Assembly (NCBI GenBank): GCA_951406725.2
Contig: OX597820.1
Span: forward strand, 25,916,001 to 25,980,000
DNA from: Octopus vulgaris
Taxonomy: Eukaryota
Length of the DNA stretch: 64,000 bases
Direction: 5' to 3'
Below, piece by piece: positions 13,548 to 28,600 of the stretch. The number at the start of each line of letters is the position of its first letter. Positions within the stretch are counted from its first letter, which is position 1. The notes under the pieces are model-generated. The model had not been told where the DNA came from and made no database searches. It worked only from the letters and a program-made list of their open reading frames with translations. The translations under genes and the position numbers were made by a program.

Positions 13548-13643
13548 TTACTGTTTAATCTTCAAATAATGGTTCACCATGCTTTGGTAATGTTCCTGCT
13601 GTCCAGAACTGACTGTTGGCTCACCATGTGATATGATGTATTC
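13548..13643 (-). CDS. xylA: xylose isomerase terminal coding exon 15 ([31 protein letters not shown])
   Basis: TTCAG acceptor, TAA stop at 13550-13548; SGxQE C-terminal motif. Confidence 0.93.
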   Translation of the reverse strand, partial: EYIISHGEPTVSSGQQEHYQSMVNHYLKIKQ

Positions 13644-16600
13644 CTGAAGTAGAAAACAAAATATATATATTAAAACCTTTTTGGTGCTAACCTGCTCCAA
13701 ACGACCCTTAGTTCATCATCATTATGTAACATCTGTTGTCCATGCTGGCATGGGTTGGACAGTTTGACCAGGGCTGGTAAGCTGGAAGGCTGCACCAGAC
13801 TCCAGTCTGATTTGACATGGTATCTACGGCTGGATGCCCTTCCTAATGCCAACCACTCTGAGAGTGCTTTTATGTGCCACCAGCACCACAGCCATTTGTG
13901 TGACACCATTATCTGCCATGACTGCGATTTTGCTCAGCTTGATGGGTCTTCTTCTCAAGCACCAACATAATGCCATTAGTTCTAATCATAAATCATAAAA
14001 CTGTCTGTTTTAAGATATTCAAGTTGTCAGGTGATTTTTAAAAAAAATAAATCCTTTGTAAGATCCTACCGATAATTCACTCATTGTGAGAATGCATATC
14101 CAAAGCAATTTGTTATTTTCAGCAGTTTACAGACAAAGCTAAACCCATAAATATAGTGACAGACAAAACACACACACACACAAAAAAAAGGAAAAACAGA
14201 AACTGACAAAACGAAAGGTCAGGTTGACTATGAATAACAGTTCTCATAGTCAGATTATAAAGTGTAAAACAGAATTTTTTTTGTCTTTTTCTTTACTTCT
14301 GTATTTAGATTATAATCTATTTTGTCTGTCATTATATCTATGGGTTTAGTTTTGCTTGTAAACTGCTGAACATATCCCACTGCTTTGGGTATGCAGTCTC
14401 ACAATGAGATTTCAGAGTTAACTTCTTTACCCGACATCCCCACCTTTTCGTTACCCACTTGCAGACAACTAATTTGTCATCAATACTTTATGATACACAT
14501 ATATACACATACATATATATATATACACACATGCACGCATACATACAGATACATATAGCTACATACACACATAGATACATACATACATTAAATACGTGCA
14601 CGCACACACACACACACTATATATATATACACATGTGTATGTGTGGAGGGCGTGCGTGTATGCATGAGTGAGTATGTATTACTCTTGTTTACAATTTCAG
14701 TGTTCAGTAGAGCATAACAAAACTAAATCAAAATAAATTGTCCAACTGATGTGTAACAGAGTTGACAACTATAATGTTACATTTTTCTATGGAATGGGAA
14801 AATAATCAGAAAAAGTAATTGCTTCTGTTATTAAAAAACAGCAATTATAATAATAAAATGTCAGTATTGACAGAGAGAATGTATTTGATAAAGAAAATAT
14901 TAATGATTTTCATTATAAAATAATTTCCATATTCGACTAGAGTTGTTTACAGTCCATTTTATGTCCTTTATATCCTTCTGTATAGAAGTACAGAAAAATA
15001 TAAAGGACATAAAACGGAATGTTAAACCAGATACTGTTTTACAATCTACACCGGTATGGTTCAAAGGTCATATCCGAATATGCTTCATGGATCGAAAATA
15101 TGAATATTTTCGATGTATTTCTGTCTGAAATCATAAGTTGGACTAAACACTTCCCTTCCTGCACATCATAAAACTATTTTTATAGGTTTTCAATGTTCAT
15201 AATTTAGTGGTATGCATGAGTGTATATCATAGAAATAAATACAGTAAGTGGAGTTGATACTATACCAGTTAATGCTGAATAAAGACATGAATCAAAGAAT
15301 TTCCGAAAATTAATATGAAATATAATAATAATGGTGATGATGTCTTCAAAATTTATTCAGTCGTGAAAAATTATTTGAGAGAACTTGAAGCCTGTTGTAT
15401 ACTTACTTCCAATTCCTCAAAACTTGTGTTACCATCAGTGATTTTTTTCCCAATCCCAGAATCGAAAGAACTGTAGCGTTCCTGTAGAAAAAAAGAATAA
15501 TGTGATATATCATTCATTTAGGGAAAGACTAAGCTACAAAAGTCAGATGTTAAGTATATTTAACAAAGAAGAAAAGCCGAGAGTAAAAGATTTGCGCATG
15601 TTCTGTGATGTGAAGATCAGATGTGCGAGGATTCCTGACTGCAAGACAATGTACTAGAGACAATTTTGAGAAGGCTGTGCGAAATGATAATGCCATTACT
15701 AACAAGAAAAAGGTATGGAAGTATTATTATAAGAAAAAGGTATGGAAGTATTATTATAAGAGGTTGTGGTGAACAAAATCGATCAACATCAATGGAAATC
15801 GTAGCTGTGATACCATAAGAGAACCATCCGAACGTGGCCATTGCCAGCGCCGCCCCGACTGCCTCCGTGCCAGTGACACGTAAAAAACACCATCCAATCG
15901 TGGCCATTGCCAGCCTCACCTGGCCTCCATGCTGGGGGCACGTAAAAACCAAAATCCGATCGTGGCCATTGCCAGCCTCGCCTGGCCTCCGTGCCGGTGG
16001 CACGTAAAAAGCACCATCCGATTGTGGCCGTTTGCCAGCCTCGTCTGGCACCTGTGCCGATGGCACATAAAAAGCACCCACTACACTCATGGAGTGGTTG
16101 GCGTTAGGAAGGGCATCCAGCCGTAGAAACATTGCCAGATCAGACTGGGCCTGGTGCAGCCTTCTGGCTTCCCAGACCCCAGTTGAACCGTCCAACCCAT
16201 GCTAGCATGGAAAGCGGACGCTAAACGATGATGATGATGATGAATTGTTCATGAGGTGTTGTTACATCATTCATACACAGCCACATGCAAATGCCTTGCA
16301 ACGCTCGCGATCATACTGGGTCACCAAAGTTGCAAGGCATTTGTGTGTGGCTGTATGTAGATGATGCAACAATATCTCACAAACATTTAATAACTTTTTT
16401 CATGTGATGTCTGGATGCTGATTGTTCCATAACCTGGCCACTCACAAGAACAAGAAGTTGTGATGCCATGGTTTTAACTTAGGAAGAGCATCCAGCTGTA
16501 GAAACTCTGCCAGATCAAGATTGGTGCCTGGTGCAGCCTACTGGTTCACCAGCCCTCAGTCAAAATCGTCCAACCCATGCTAGCATGGAAAGCAGACGTT

Positions 16601-19600
16601 AAACGATGATGATGATAGAAATATATTATCCTTGTGCCATCACCCTTCTTTACTGCTACTCATCACTTACTTTCTTTTGTTTATTAACATTATCACTCTT
16701 TATTAACATTCACCACACTTTCTCATACCATCACTAACTTGCTCTCATCATTATCCATTTTTATGGCTTTCTTTCAATCCTTTACACACACACACACACA
16801 TTACACATTCTTCTATTACTTTATTAACATACATTGTTCTCCCTCCCTCCCATTACTCTCCTCATTTCCTTTTCCCCCTATTACACTGCACTCACTGCAT
16901 TTCTAGTCAGTCTCCTTATCAACAAGCAAAGTGTCTCTTCTATTACTATTTCCTTTGCCAACCTATTGCTCTTATCACTGTTCCTCTATTATACTCATAC
17001 TTAGCCTTCAATTCACCTTTTGGCTTTGTTTGCCTTGAATGAATGAAGTCTTTTATAGAGTAGAGAGGACATTTTAGCCTTCTCAAGAGCAAAACAACTT
17101 CTCTAGTCCTGGTGCAAGGAGGAGGAGGAGGAGGAAAGTGGAGCAAATCCAGGAAACAACACTCCTTGGAAGTGCAAAGAGTCTTAGTTCATGGGAAATG
17201 AACAGCTGCTTTACTAATGACACCTCCAGCAACAAATTGTGTATCTTAAATATAATGATAGTAATAACTATAATGATACAGCTTTTAAATATCTAAAATC
17301 AGCTTTAAAATTCATCTCCTGCTTTTTTTAACAACACACACACACATAATTGAATACTTGTGATTCAAGAATAATAAACACTAAAAACACTAAAAAACAC
17401 TAAAATGGTAAGCAAGTGATAGCATAGAATTGATCCTTACCTTAACAGCAGCAGGAATAACACCATCAGTCAGAATTTTGGCAGCCACTAATAAACCTTG
17501 AGCAAATGTATCCATGGCTCCTGAATAAGTAAAAAAAAAGGTTTTATTTGTTTTAAATCTCTGAGCGAGCGATATACAGTAACAGTACCGAATAGTAAAG
17601 TTTATATGTCAACAGAATGTGGCAGTCCTATATAACATCGTCCTTTATAGAACTGCCACATTCTGTCGGCATATAAACTTTACTGAGGTTTTATTTGTTT
17701 TTGTGTACTAAGTATTGTAAAAATTCATGTGTAATATGTTATCATGGTATAAAACACAACTCGATTTATCTTCTTGGCTTTTATTTGTTTCAGTCATTGG
17801 ACCATGGCCATGCTGGGACACTGCTTTGAAGGGTTTAGTTGACCAAATCAATCCCAATATCTATTTTTTCAAACCTAATATTTATCATATTGGTTTCTTT
17901 TGCTGAACCACTAAACCACAAGGATGTAAACAAACTAACACTAGTTGCCAAGTAGTGGCAGTGGTGCTCAAACACAAAGACATACACATATATATATGAT
18001 GGGCTTCTTTTTATTTTCTGTCTACCAAATCCACTCACAAAGTTTTGGTTGGTTTGGAGCTATAGAAGACACTTACTCAGAGTGCCACACAGTGGAAATG
18101 AAAGGGATCTAAATTATCTTATAAAAAAAAACAACATAATACCATGTATAAAACACAGTATTGCATGACTGCATACAGAGTCTGTGCAAGCAAGTCTCTT
18201 TTCATAATACCAAAGTTTATTGAAAGGAAAACCTACTGACTTGGGATCAATATAGCTTGGCACAAATGTCTTTGATACAAAGATTCAGAACAAATACTAC
18301 AAGGCACCTTGTTTGACCTTCTAGCAATACCACCAATCAACAACCCTGGGCTGGTACTTTTTTATCAATCCCAAAAGATAAAAGACAAAGTGGACTTCAG
18401 TGGGATTTGAACTCAGAATGCAGATGGAATAAATATTACAAGGCATCTTATTTGACCCTCTAGCAGTCCAACCAATCTACCAGTTTCATTCCTACATTTT
18501 TTTTATATCAATTCCAAACGATAAAAAAAGAAAAGTTGACTTCAGTGGGATTTGTACTAGAACATGCTCTAATGGCTCTGCCAGTTTGCCACCTTAAAGT
18601 TCACCTCTTGGAGCACAGTTGCAAGAAAAAACACTTTCTCTCTCTATCTCCCTTCCTCCCTCCTTCAAACATACACATAAGGATTGCTAACATTTTGGGA
18701 GATTAAGGGGCAGATATTTGTCAGTTTGAAGACCAATGGGTATGGGTACTAGATAAAATAACAAAAGACAGGATTGAATGACAAGAGACAACTGTAAATC
18801 TCTCTCTCTCTCTACCTTCATTAATAAGACAATATTGATATTGTATAGTCAGATGGTAACAAAGAACTTGAAAAATGTCCAGATCAAAGACAAGTATACA
18901 CACCAATGTGAGAAATGAACATATCATTCAAATGTGTTGACTCTCGGCGTACTTTACAATCAAAGTTCAGACCTCCAGGCTGGAGCCCACCTTGCTGCAA
19001 GACTGTCTGAAATATAATGAGAAATCATTAGAAAAATTATAATGAACAAAATTATTGAAAATATTCTACAATATTATAATCTGAGTTTTCTCTTATAATT
19101 CCATTTACATTCCATTCACATATCAGCAGAGGTATGGCAGTATGATTGAGAAGTTTGCTTCCCAATCATGTGGTTTTGGATTCAGTCTGATTGTGTGACA
19201 CCTTGAACAAGTCTCTTCTACTATAGCCCCAGGCTGACCAGAAGCATCATCCAGCAATAGAAAAAAATCTACCTCAACAAATTCCGTCTGACCCATGAAA
19301 AAGTAGACACTAAAATGATAAATGATTAGCCATGCCATATGGCTGTGACTGCTGAGGGCATGCATAGGTTTGAAAGAAATGAAGCTAGTATGCTCTGCTG
19401 GATGTGGAATATCAGTGTGCAGACATGACAAAGTGTAAGCACCTTGAGAGAAAAGTTGGACATAAGAAGCATCAGATGTTGTGTGCAAGAGAGATGACTG
19501 TGCTGGTATGGTCATGTATTGCGTATAGATGAGGACAGGTGTGAAGAAGTGTCACACCCTAAAAGTGGAGGGAATGTGTGGAAGTGGTAGACCCAGGAAG

Positions 19601-22600
19601 ACATGGAACGAGGTGGTGAAGGATGACCTTCGAACGTTGGGCCTCATAGAGGCAATGAAAAGTGACTGAGACCTTTCGAGATATGCTGTGCTTGAGAAGA
19701 CCCAGCAAGCCAAGTGAGATTGTAGCTGTGGCCCATTTAAAAGTATCCTTCAATCATCAGGTAAAATGCTGTGCTTGAGAAAACCTGTTCAGTCAAGTGA
19801 AATTGTAGTTGTGGCTGATGCCAGTGCCACCTGACTGGCACCCATGCTGGTGACACATAAAAGGCACCATTCAAGCATAGTTGATGCCAGTGCTGCCTGA
19901 CTTGCCCTTCCCCACTTGCCGGTGACATGTAAAAAACACCCACTACACTTTTGGAGTGGTTGGCGTTAGGAAGAGCATCCAGCTGCATAAACCTTGCCAG
20001 ATAAGACAAGCCTGGTGCAGCCTCCTGGCTTGCCAGTCCTCAGTCAAACCGTCCAACCCATGCCAGCATGGAAAGCGAATGTTAAATGATAATGATGATG
20101 ATATATATCATCATCATTTAATGTCCACTTTCCATGTTAACATATACAGATATATATACACAGACACATGACAGGCTTCTTTCAGTATTCAAATTCAACT
20201 AACAAAGCTTTGGTTAGTCTGGAACTATAGTAACAAGACACATAGTGGGATTGAACCCAAAACCATGCAGATAGGAAGCAAACTTTAATCATACAGCCAA
20301 ATTATGAACCAATTTCACTGCTTATATCATAGACCTTGTGTAAAGAAGAAAAAACAAAACAAATTCAATTTCAAACAAGTCCGGTGCTTACTTTCATAAC
20401 AAATGCTGTGTTTTTAACATCCATTGGAAATTCATCTGTATCCCAACCAAGTTCAGGGGATCCTGTGTTGGAATCAATTGAGCCCAGCATACCAAAACTG
20501 CAAATAAGAAAGACAAAAAAAAACACAAGAATGTGTACTATTATTTCTGATATTATCATCATTTAACGTCCATTACACATGCTGGCATGGGTTGGATGGT
20601 TCAACAGGAGCATGCGAACCAGAGGACTGCAGCAAACTACAGTGTCTGCTTTAGCACGGTTTCTACAGCTGAACACCTTTCTTAATACCAACCATTTTAC
20701 AGTTTGTAGTGAGAACTTTTTATGTGATACTGTTATTAGTGAGGTCACCAGGTAGCTTGCAAGACAAGACTCATATCAGCTGAGTGAGGAGTAGTATTGA
20801 GGGAGTTGGCCTTATGCCAGCTGATGAGAGATAAAGTATGACAGAGAGACAGGGACAGATGTTTGACTGTAAGGAATGTTCAGTTGGCTATTCTCCACAC
20901 GTATATTGTTGTTGTTTAGCTCCAGATTAGCTCTAAATCAAGCAAATTTAATAATAAAAATAATAATGAAATTATTGTATACAGTGCTCAGGTGCACCAC
21001 AACTTGTCAAAAGTGCATATAAAGCATATGCAGTAATGTACAAATGTCTGGAAAGTGAACAGTGTATGAATCAGATACATTCTTGCGTGTGTATGGAGGG
21101 GAGAAAATCAGGTGTAGTGTTGGCAAATCTCAGGAAGAGTGGAAGTTTTGAAGGATGCAGTGCTCCGACAACTAACAGCTGATGCTGGCAGTTTGTTCCA
21201 TGCTTCAGCAACTCTTAGTGTGAAAAAATGTTTCTGAAAGTTATGGGAGCTGTTTGACAGGTTCATAGTCATAATCTAAAGATTGTATTTATTTTTTCGG
21301 AAATAGCATGACTGTGAGGTGCAGGTATGGATGTGTAGTTAAGAAGTTTGCCTTGCAACCATCTGGTTTCAGATTCAATCTCATTGAGTGGCATCTTCTT
21401 GAGCAAGTATCTTCTATTTGGCCTATTCATTCATTGTGAGTGGAATCATTGTGATTGTAAACAAAGTCACCTTTCACACAAAAATGGCCTCAAGTAGACA
21501 GACAGACAGAAGTATTGTGATGGTTTCTGCACAGTTTCATCTACCATATTTTATTCATAAGCTATTGGTCAATCTGATGTTATGGTAGAAAGCACTCGCT
21601 GAAAGTATCCTTGCAGTGGGATTGAACCTGTGATCATTTAACTGGGAAGCAAACTTGTTAACCACACAGCCATCAGATGATCAAATAAATAGAAATGGAA
21701 AATAAAAGTTACTTACGATGAAGCCATAGCAACATCATGATCGTAACAATGTCCGGCTAATGTTGTGTGATTTGGTTCAATGTTGAGCTGAGGAAGAAAA
21801 TAAAAAAAGAAATTTAAAAAGTAGTTTTCTACTCAGATATAATTTTTTCTCAGTTATTTTTTACTTGTTTAAGTCATTGAACTACGGCCATGCTGGGGTA
21901 CTACCTTGAAGGTACCACAACACTTGTTTTTATTAGTCTCGTGCTTTTTCTGTCAGTCTCTTTTGCTGAACCTCTAGAAGTTGTGGGACATAAACAAACC
22001 AACATTGGTTGTCAAGAGGTGGGGTGATGACAAATACAGAGACACACACAGACATATATATACACACAACCAGACATGCAAGCTTCCACACAGTTTCCAT
22101 CTACCAAATTCATTCACAAGCTACTGGTCAGCCTGAGGCTATAGTAGAAGACATTTGCCCAAGGTGTTGTGCAGCAAGACTGAACCTGGAACCACATAGT
22201 TGGAAACAGCTTTTTAACCACATAGCCATGCTTGCACTGAGTCAATAATGAATTAATCATATCTACACAATGCTTCTAATAGCTTAAAATCTGAGACAAA
22301 TGCAGACATGAAAGATGATGATGATGATGATGATGATAATTGTCATATCTATAAATTAGATCCTTTCATCTAAATATTAGTAGCAGGAGATGTCTAATCA
22401 TCTAACTTTGAGTAAAAAAATGTTGTGGCTTAGTCCCAGCTCAGCCCTGGTAACATAGACCTAAGATTAAAGACATTCCAGCTGTGACCTTCTCATCTTT
22501 ATTTTTGGACAGTGTAACAAATATATCCTTTACATTAAGACAGCAGGTATTCTAACGATTTCATCAGTTCACCATCCTAGATTGATATTTCATAAAGGTA

Positions 22601-25600
22601 AAAAACAAAGACAACCATAACAGGGTTTGAGATCAGAATATATGTGCAAGGGTGTATACCACATATGTGCAAGGGTGTATACCACACTGCATTTCACCTG
22701 ATGCTCAAATCATCAGCATCATCATCATCGTTTAACATCCGTTTTCCATGCTAGCATGGGTTGGACGGTTCAACTGGGGTCTGGGAAGCCAGGAGGCTGC
22801 GCCAGGCTCCAGTGTTTGCTAATTTGCCACCTAATTTTAGATTATTTTAGTGAGGCATTAAATACTTGCAGAATATTGGACTTGGTTCATTTTCATCATC
22901 GTTTAATGTCTGTTTTCTATGCTGGCATGGGTTGGACGGTTTGAGAGGAGCTGGCCAGCCAGAGAAGCACCCAGTTCATGAAAGAAGTGGTTGGTGTTAG
23001 AAAGGGCATCCAAGTCATAGAAACCATACCAAAGCTGATGCTGAAGAATGATGCAGTTCAAGGACTGCATCCTTGGATCCTGTCAAACTGTTCAATCCAT
23101 GCCAGCATGAAACATGGATGTTAATGATGATGATGATGACTGGAGTGAGATGCCAAAGGAATGAGAAAGAAAAGCAGATTACCTTAAAGTGTTTTTCCAA
23201 TCCAAAATGCTTCAAAAATGCTATCACAGTCATGGCATCTGCAAAAATTAACGATACATTGATATAATCATCTATTTTCAATAAATTTCTTTCTATAATA
23301 GTATCAGTAGGAGTAATTAATCTAGGACACAATTTAAAAATGAATTATATTACTCTTCCTTTTCTACAACTGGAATCTCTTCCTGTTATTAAACATCACC
23401 TGTTTTCAAACAAGGTAATATTTCCCACAGCCCTTTGAATATGAACATAGACATGTTTTCACGAGAGAATGCAAACAAATGACACTGCTTGTATGATGGT
23501 AACATACTTATTTCTTTACTACCCACAAGGGGCTACACACAGAAGGGACAAACAAGGACAGACAAATGGATTAAGTCGATTATATCGACCCCAGTGCGTA
23601 ACTGGTACTTATTTAATTGACCCCGAAAGGATGAAAGGCAAAGTCGACCTCGGCGGAATTTGAACCCAGAACGTAGCAGCAGACGAAATACCGCTAAGCA
23701 TTTTGCCTGGCGCGCTAACGTTTCTGCCAGCTTACCACCTATGATGGTAACATACCTTTACAGTTAGCATGCAGTGTCAAGAATAGGAGGTATGAAAACA
23801 CACACACAGAAAACAGTCATCTTTCAGCTTCTTTCAACAAAATCCATTCATAGGGCTTTGGTCAGCCCAGGACTATTGTAGAAGACACTTCTCCAAAGTG
23901 TCACACAGTGGGCGTGAACATAAAACAGATAGAAAATTTTGGATGGGCATGGTGGATTTAATATTAAAGGGTTAAATGAAGTTAAAAGCCTGTGTGTATT
24001 TCTGAAAGGCTAATAATGGTCTATATTTGTCTTCCATGCTGTAAAGTAAATGAACACTCACCATAATCATATTGGTGTGAAGTTGGTTCCTTAGGTTTAG
24101 GCTCCAAAAGAAACTGGCATTTCAGGCCTATTTTTTCCTTGTAAGCTAAAATTATAAAATGGGTAAAGTTTCAAATAAAACAACATCAGAATAATGAATT
24201 TTCCTCAAAAATAGCTCAATGAATTATTCTCCTACATTCTTGGAATTACAAAATAGAAGATCAGCTACTAGGAATGAAAAAGAAAAAGTTAGTTTGAGAG
24301 GAATTTAAATTCAGAGTGAAGGTATATAACTATATATAGCTAAACATTTTATCAAACATTACTGTTATCTGTCTTACTAATAATGAATATATTAATGTAA
24401 AAAATTTTTAAAAAAACAATATTAATGTAAGAAATCAATAATAATATACTTTTACAATCTAATGCGTGAATAGACAAGAATTAATTAAAGAACTTAATAC
24501 AAGTTATACAAATAATTAAGTGAAGTATAAACCAGTGTGCAAGGTGATTCCTTCCAGAAAAACCTATTTTGTAAGATCCTTCCTACTTGTCAAAGGAAAA
24601 CCAATTTTATGAATTTTAGACTATAAAGAGCTCTTTAAGGAATGAATAACTATCCATCTATCTTTGCACACTGTTCCTGTGAGGGTAATGGGGATAGAGT
24701 CCTCAGGCACCTCCTCCATAAACTCCTACCAGGATCAACTGTCTTTACACTTTCTGACTGGATTCTCAAGCATGAACCGAAACTATGGATATTATTCAAT
24801 GATCTCATGCTAGGTCTACCCTTAGATTTCCTGCCAGTCACTTTGGCTTGAAGAATCCATTTTGCAATTCTTTCCTGCAACATTTTAATCACATGTCCAT
24901 AGTACTGGAGCTGTGACTTCTCAAGGCTGAGATGTAACAACCTGATCTGGAGAGACTCCTTGATCTTCAAGCTACGTAATGTTACTCCAGAGATCCTTCA
25001 AAAGAACCTCATTTCAGTTGCAAGTATTCATGATCCTACACTTTTGGTCATTATCCAACATTCACAACCAGTTCATGTAAACTGAACTGAAGATAGTGAA
25101 GCAGGCTTTTTATCAACCTCTCCTTTTCTCAGGATCAAATGCTGAAGCTAGACCATTTTGCAGTTCTAGCATTCACACAAAAAATTATAGATTTAAAACA
25201 CATTTTGATATTTTTAATAATATGACGTAAAAATTATATCTTGAGAAACATGCAGTGAAATGATAATTACCAACAGCCATTTTGAAGAAATTTGCCATGT
25301 GTGTCAGTTCAGCAAGAATATTAGTGTTGAGTAATGTCTGGAATCCTTCTCGTCCACCCCAGAATACTTTAAAAGAAAGAAAAAAAGGTAAAAAACAGAA
25401 AATTTATTACAGCAACAATTCAAAAAAAAAAAAAAGGAACCCTGCCCTGCTATAGTTGAGACAGAAAAGAAATATCATTACAATTATAGAAGTCCCTTCC
25501 TAATGCCAACCACTCCGAGAGTGTAGTGGGTGCTTTTACGTGCCACCGGCACGAGGGCCAGTCTGGCAATACTGGCAATGGCCACAAAAAAATCGTGTTT

Positions 25601-28600
25601 TTTTTTACGTGTCACCGGCACAAGTGCCAGTAAGGCGACGCTGGTAACGATCACGCTCAAATAGTGCTTTTTACGTGCCACCAGCACGAATGCCAGTTAG
25701 CTGCTCTGGCAACAATCACACTCGGATACTTTATAATTACAATTTGTAAAGAGAACAGTAAAAATATGCAAGATTTTTCTAATGTTCAACATGTAACAGG
25801 TATCATTTTTGTTATCCAAATTCCAGTAGTGGCACTTTGTTTCTTTGTTAGAAACCAGCTCGTTCTTTATAGGAAGAATTCAAAGCATCAAAAGAGAAAG
25901 AAAGATATATACAAACATACATACATACACACAACGGCCTTCCCCAACAGTTTCCATCTACTCACAAGGAATTGGTCAATCCAAAGCTACAGTAGAAGAC
26001 ACTTGGCCAATAGGCTGTATTGTATAATGGGATCAAGTCCCAAGCAGTTGTGAAATGAACTTCAGAAATACATGGTAATTAATGTCTGCACCTAAATTAT
26101 GCCTAAATTAATGAAGAAGTAAGAAAATGAAAGAGAAAGAAAAAGGAAGATAAAGTAAAAGAAGGAAAAGGAAAAGAAAGAAAAAAGAATGAATGAAAGG
26201 AGAAACAAAACAGAAAAAATATATAGGGAGAATAAGAGAGGAAGGTTTGTTCCTTCTTGAGCCATGCCTGGCTCATAGGGCTGGTTTCCCAATTTCCTTG
26301 GCGTATAGGTTCCCCACCTGGATGGGGCGCCTGTCCATTGCAGGTGAGCTGCAAGATGCAGGAGGAAAGAGTGAGAGAAAGTTGCGGTGAAAGAGTCAGC
26401 AGAAGTTTGCCATTACCTTCTACCAGAGCTGTGTGGAGCTTCAGTGTTTCACTCATAAACACACACATCACCCAGTCTGAGAGTTGAACCTGCGATCCTT
26501 CAACTGCAAGTCCGCTGCTCTAACCACTGGGTCATGTGCCTCCACAAGAGAGGAAGGAAGAGAGGGAAAAAAGAAAGAAAAAAGATACTCCAAGAAAGAA
26601 CTTGAAACTGTCTTTTTTTTCCGTACAACTGAGATTTCTTGTTTACAAATGTACCTTCTAATACTGTTAAATATAATCATGTACACTTCACCTACCAAAG
26701 TTTTCAGCGCCCAGCTTCTTGGCAATTTCTAATCCTTTTTTCACTTGAGCAGCAGCATAAGCAAAAACATGGGCATTGGGACTAGTGCTTGCACCCGTCA
26801 TATACCTAAAATGGTAAAACAAAACTTTCCATTAGACATAAATACAGACACAAAACCAAAAAGTATGATATGATGATACATAGATTCTTCTATTGACAGG
26901 TGCTAAACCAAAGTTACTAGTATAAAGCAGACATGGTTAATAATAATAATTCTTTCTACTAAAGGCGCAAGGCCTGAAATTTTGGGGGAGAGGACTAGTC
27001 AATTACGTCGACCCCAGTACTCAACTGGTACTTCATTTATCGATTCTCAAAAGGATGAGAGGTAAAGTCAACCTCAGTGGGATTTGAACTCAGAATGCAG
27101 CAACAGGTGAAATGCCGTTAAGCATTTTGTCCAGTGTACTAATGATTCTGCTAGCTCACCGCTTTAATAATAATAATAATGATGATAATAAAAAAAAACA
27201 GACAAAGCAATCTGAAATTCTGCAGGGAGTTCATAGAATCTTTTCTTTTTTATGTATTTCAGTTATTGGACTGCAGCCATACTGGAGCACTGTTTTGAAA
27301 GTTTTAGTCAGATAAATCAACTTCTGCATGTATTTTTTTTAATGTCTGGTACTTATTCTATCGGTCTCTTTTGCCAAAAAAGTAAGTTACAGGATGTAAA
27401 CAAACCAACGCCAGTTGTCAAGTGGTGTGAGAGGATAAACACAAAGACACATATATATTCATATATGACAGGCTTTCACAAATTCACTCAAGGCATTAGT
27501 CCACCAGGGTTACAATACAAGACACTTGCTTGAAGTGCTATGCAGTGGGACTAAACCTGAAACCACATGGTTGCAAAACAGGCTTCTTAACCACACAGCC
27601 ATGATTGCACCTAGCCATTTACCACAAGGTATGGGAAGTCTAACTTTCAATACTGTCTCTGATAACAATGATCCCAGTACTTCATATGATACAAATCTTA
27701 TCTTATCTTTATATATTTGATGGCTAGGTGCACCCCAGCATAAAGGGGCATAACTCAAACAGAATAAATATGACAAGTTACTGGTACATTATCAGTGCTT
27801 TTATTTCATTACTATAATGTACCATAGAACATGTCTATGGATTTATTAGCCAACACTGTGTTATGAGGGTGCCAAAGAGGAATCAAAACAGATGTAGAAT
27901 TGTTCTTTAATTTTCCGTCAACAAATATATTGTATATATGTATTGTTTACAATCATAGCACACAATATTGGCTAAAAAATCTTTAGATATGTTCTATAGA
28001 GTATTATAGCAATGAAACAAAACCCTTAATGCACCAGCAATTAAGTGTTCAATCTAGCTGCCAAGAAAAGTGTTAAATATACAAATTGGTCTCTGCAGTT
28101 TATTTTAATCTATAACATTAGTAAGTTTACAGGCAGTATGTTTGTGAATAGTGAAAGGGGGTACACAGTTGCTGACAACAATTCCAATAAGAGTCATCAA
28201 AACATATGTATAACAGATCTTTGAGAGGACCTGACTCCCTTAAGTTAGCTGAGCCCATGCTCAAAGTGCTAAATACTGAAAAATAATGAATGTGAATCTG
28301 TCTACATTTGTGATAATTTATGATCTTTTTTTTTTCTTTTACTTTATTGAGATTAGTTACCACCCTTAGATTTAATTGAAAATGGTTAAATTAAAAATGA
28401 TAAAGAATGAACATACTGTATAAATAGATGTAAAATATATGTATAATGAATTTATTCAGTCATATAGCCATGCATGTTTCTAATTGGCCAAAGTATATTT
28501 CTCAAAATGTTTGCATTTATTGAAAATCTCTGATCTGATATTTAAATGATCCACAGATTTATTAACTGAAACAATCTCATACTCATTAACCTTAACTATT

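Noticed and set aside
15830-16080. Regularly spaced repeats resembling a CRISPR array
   Set aside because: Whole units are repeated with no unique spacers, there are no cas genes and the context is eukaryotic.
15617-16195. 192-aa ORF, the longest in the track
   Set aside because: Antisense reading of the RTE-UTR repeat and its 60-bp tandem array; the same peptide (LDALPNANH) recurs in many repeat copies.
26480-26545. tRNA-like sequence (also at 11770-11826 and 30022-30092)
   Set aside because: tRNA-derived SINE heads running into SINE bodies; no complete cloverleaf.
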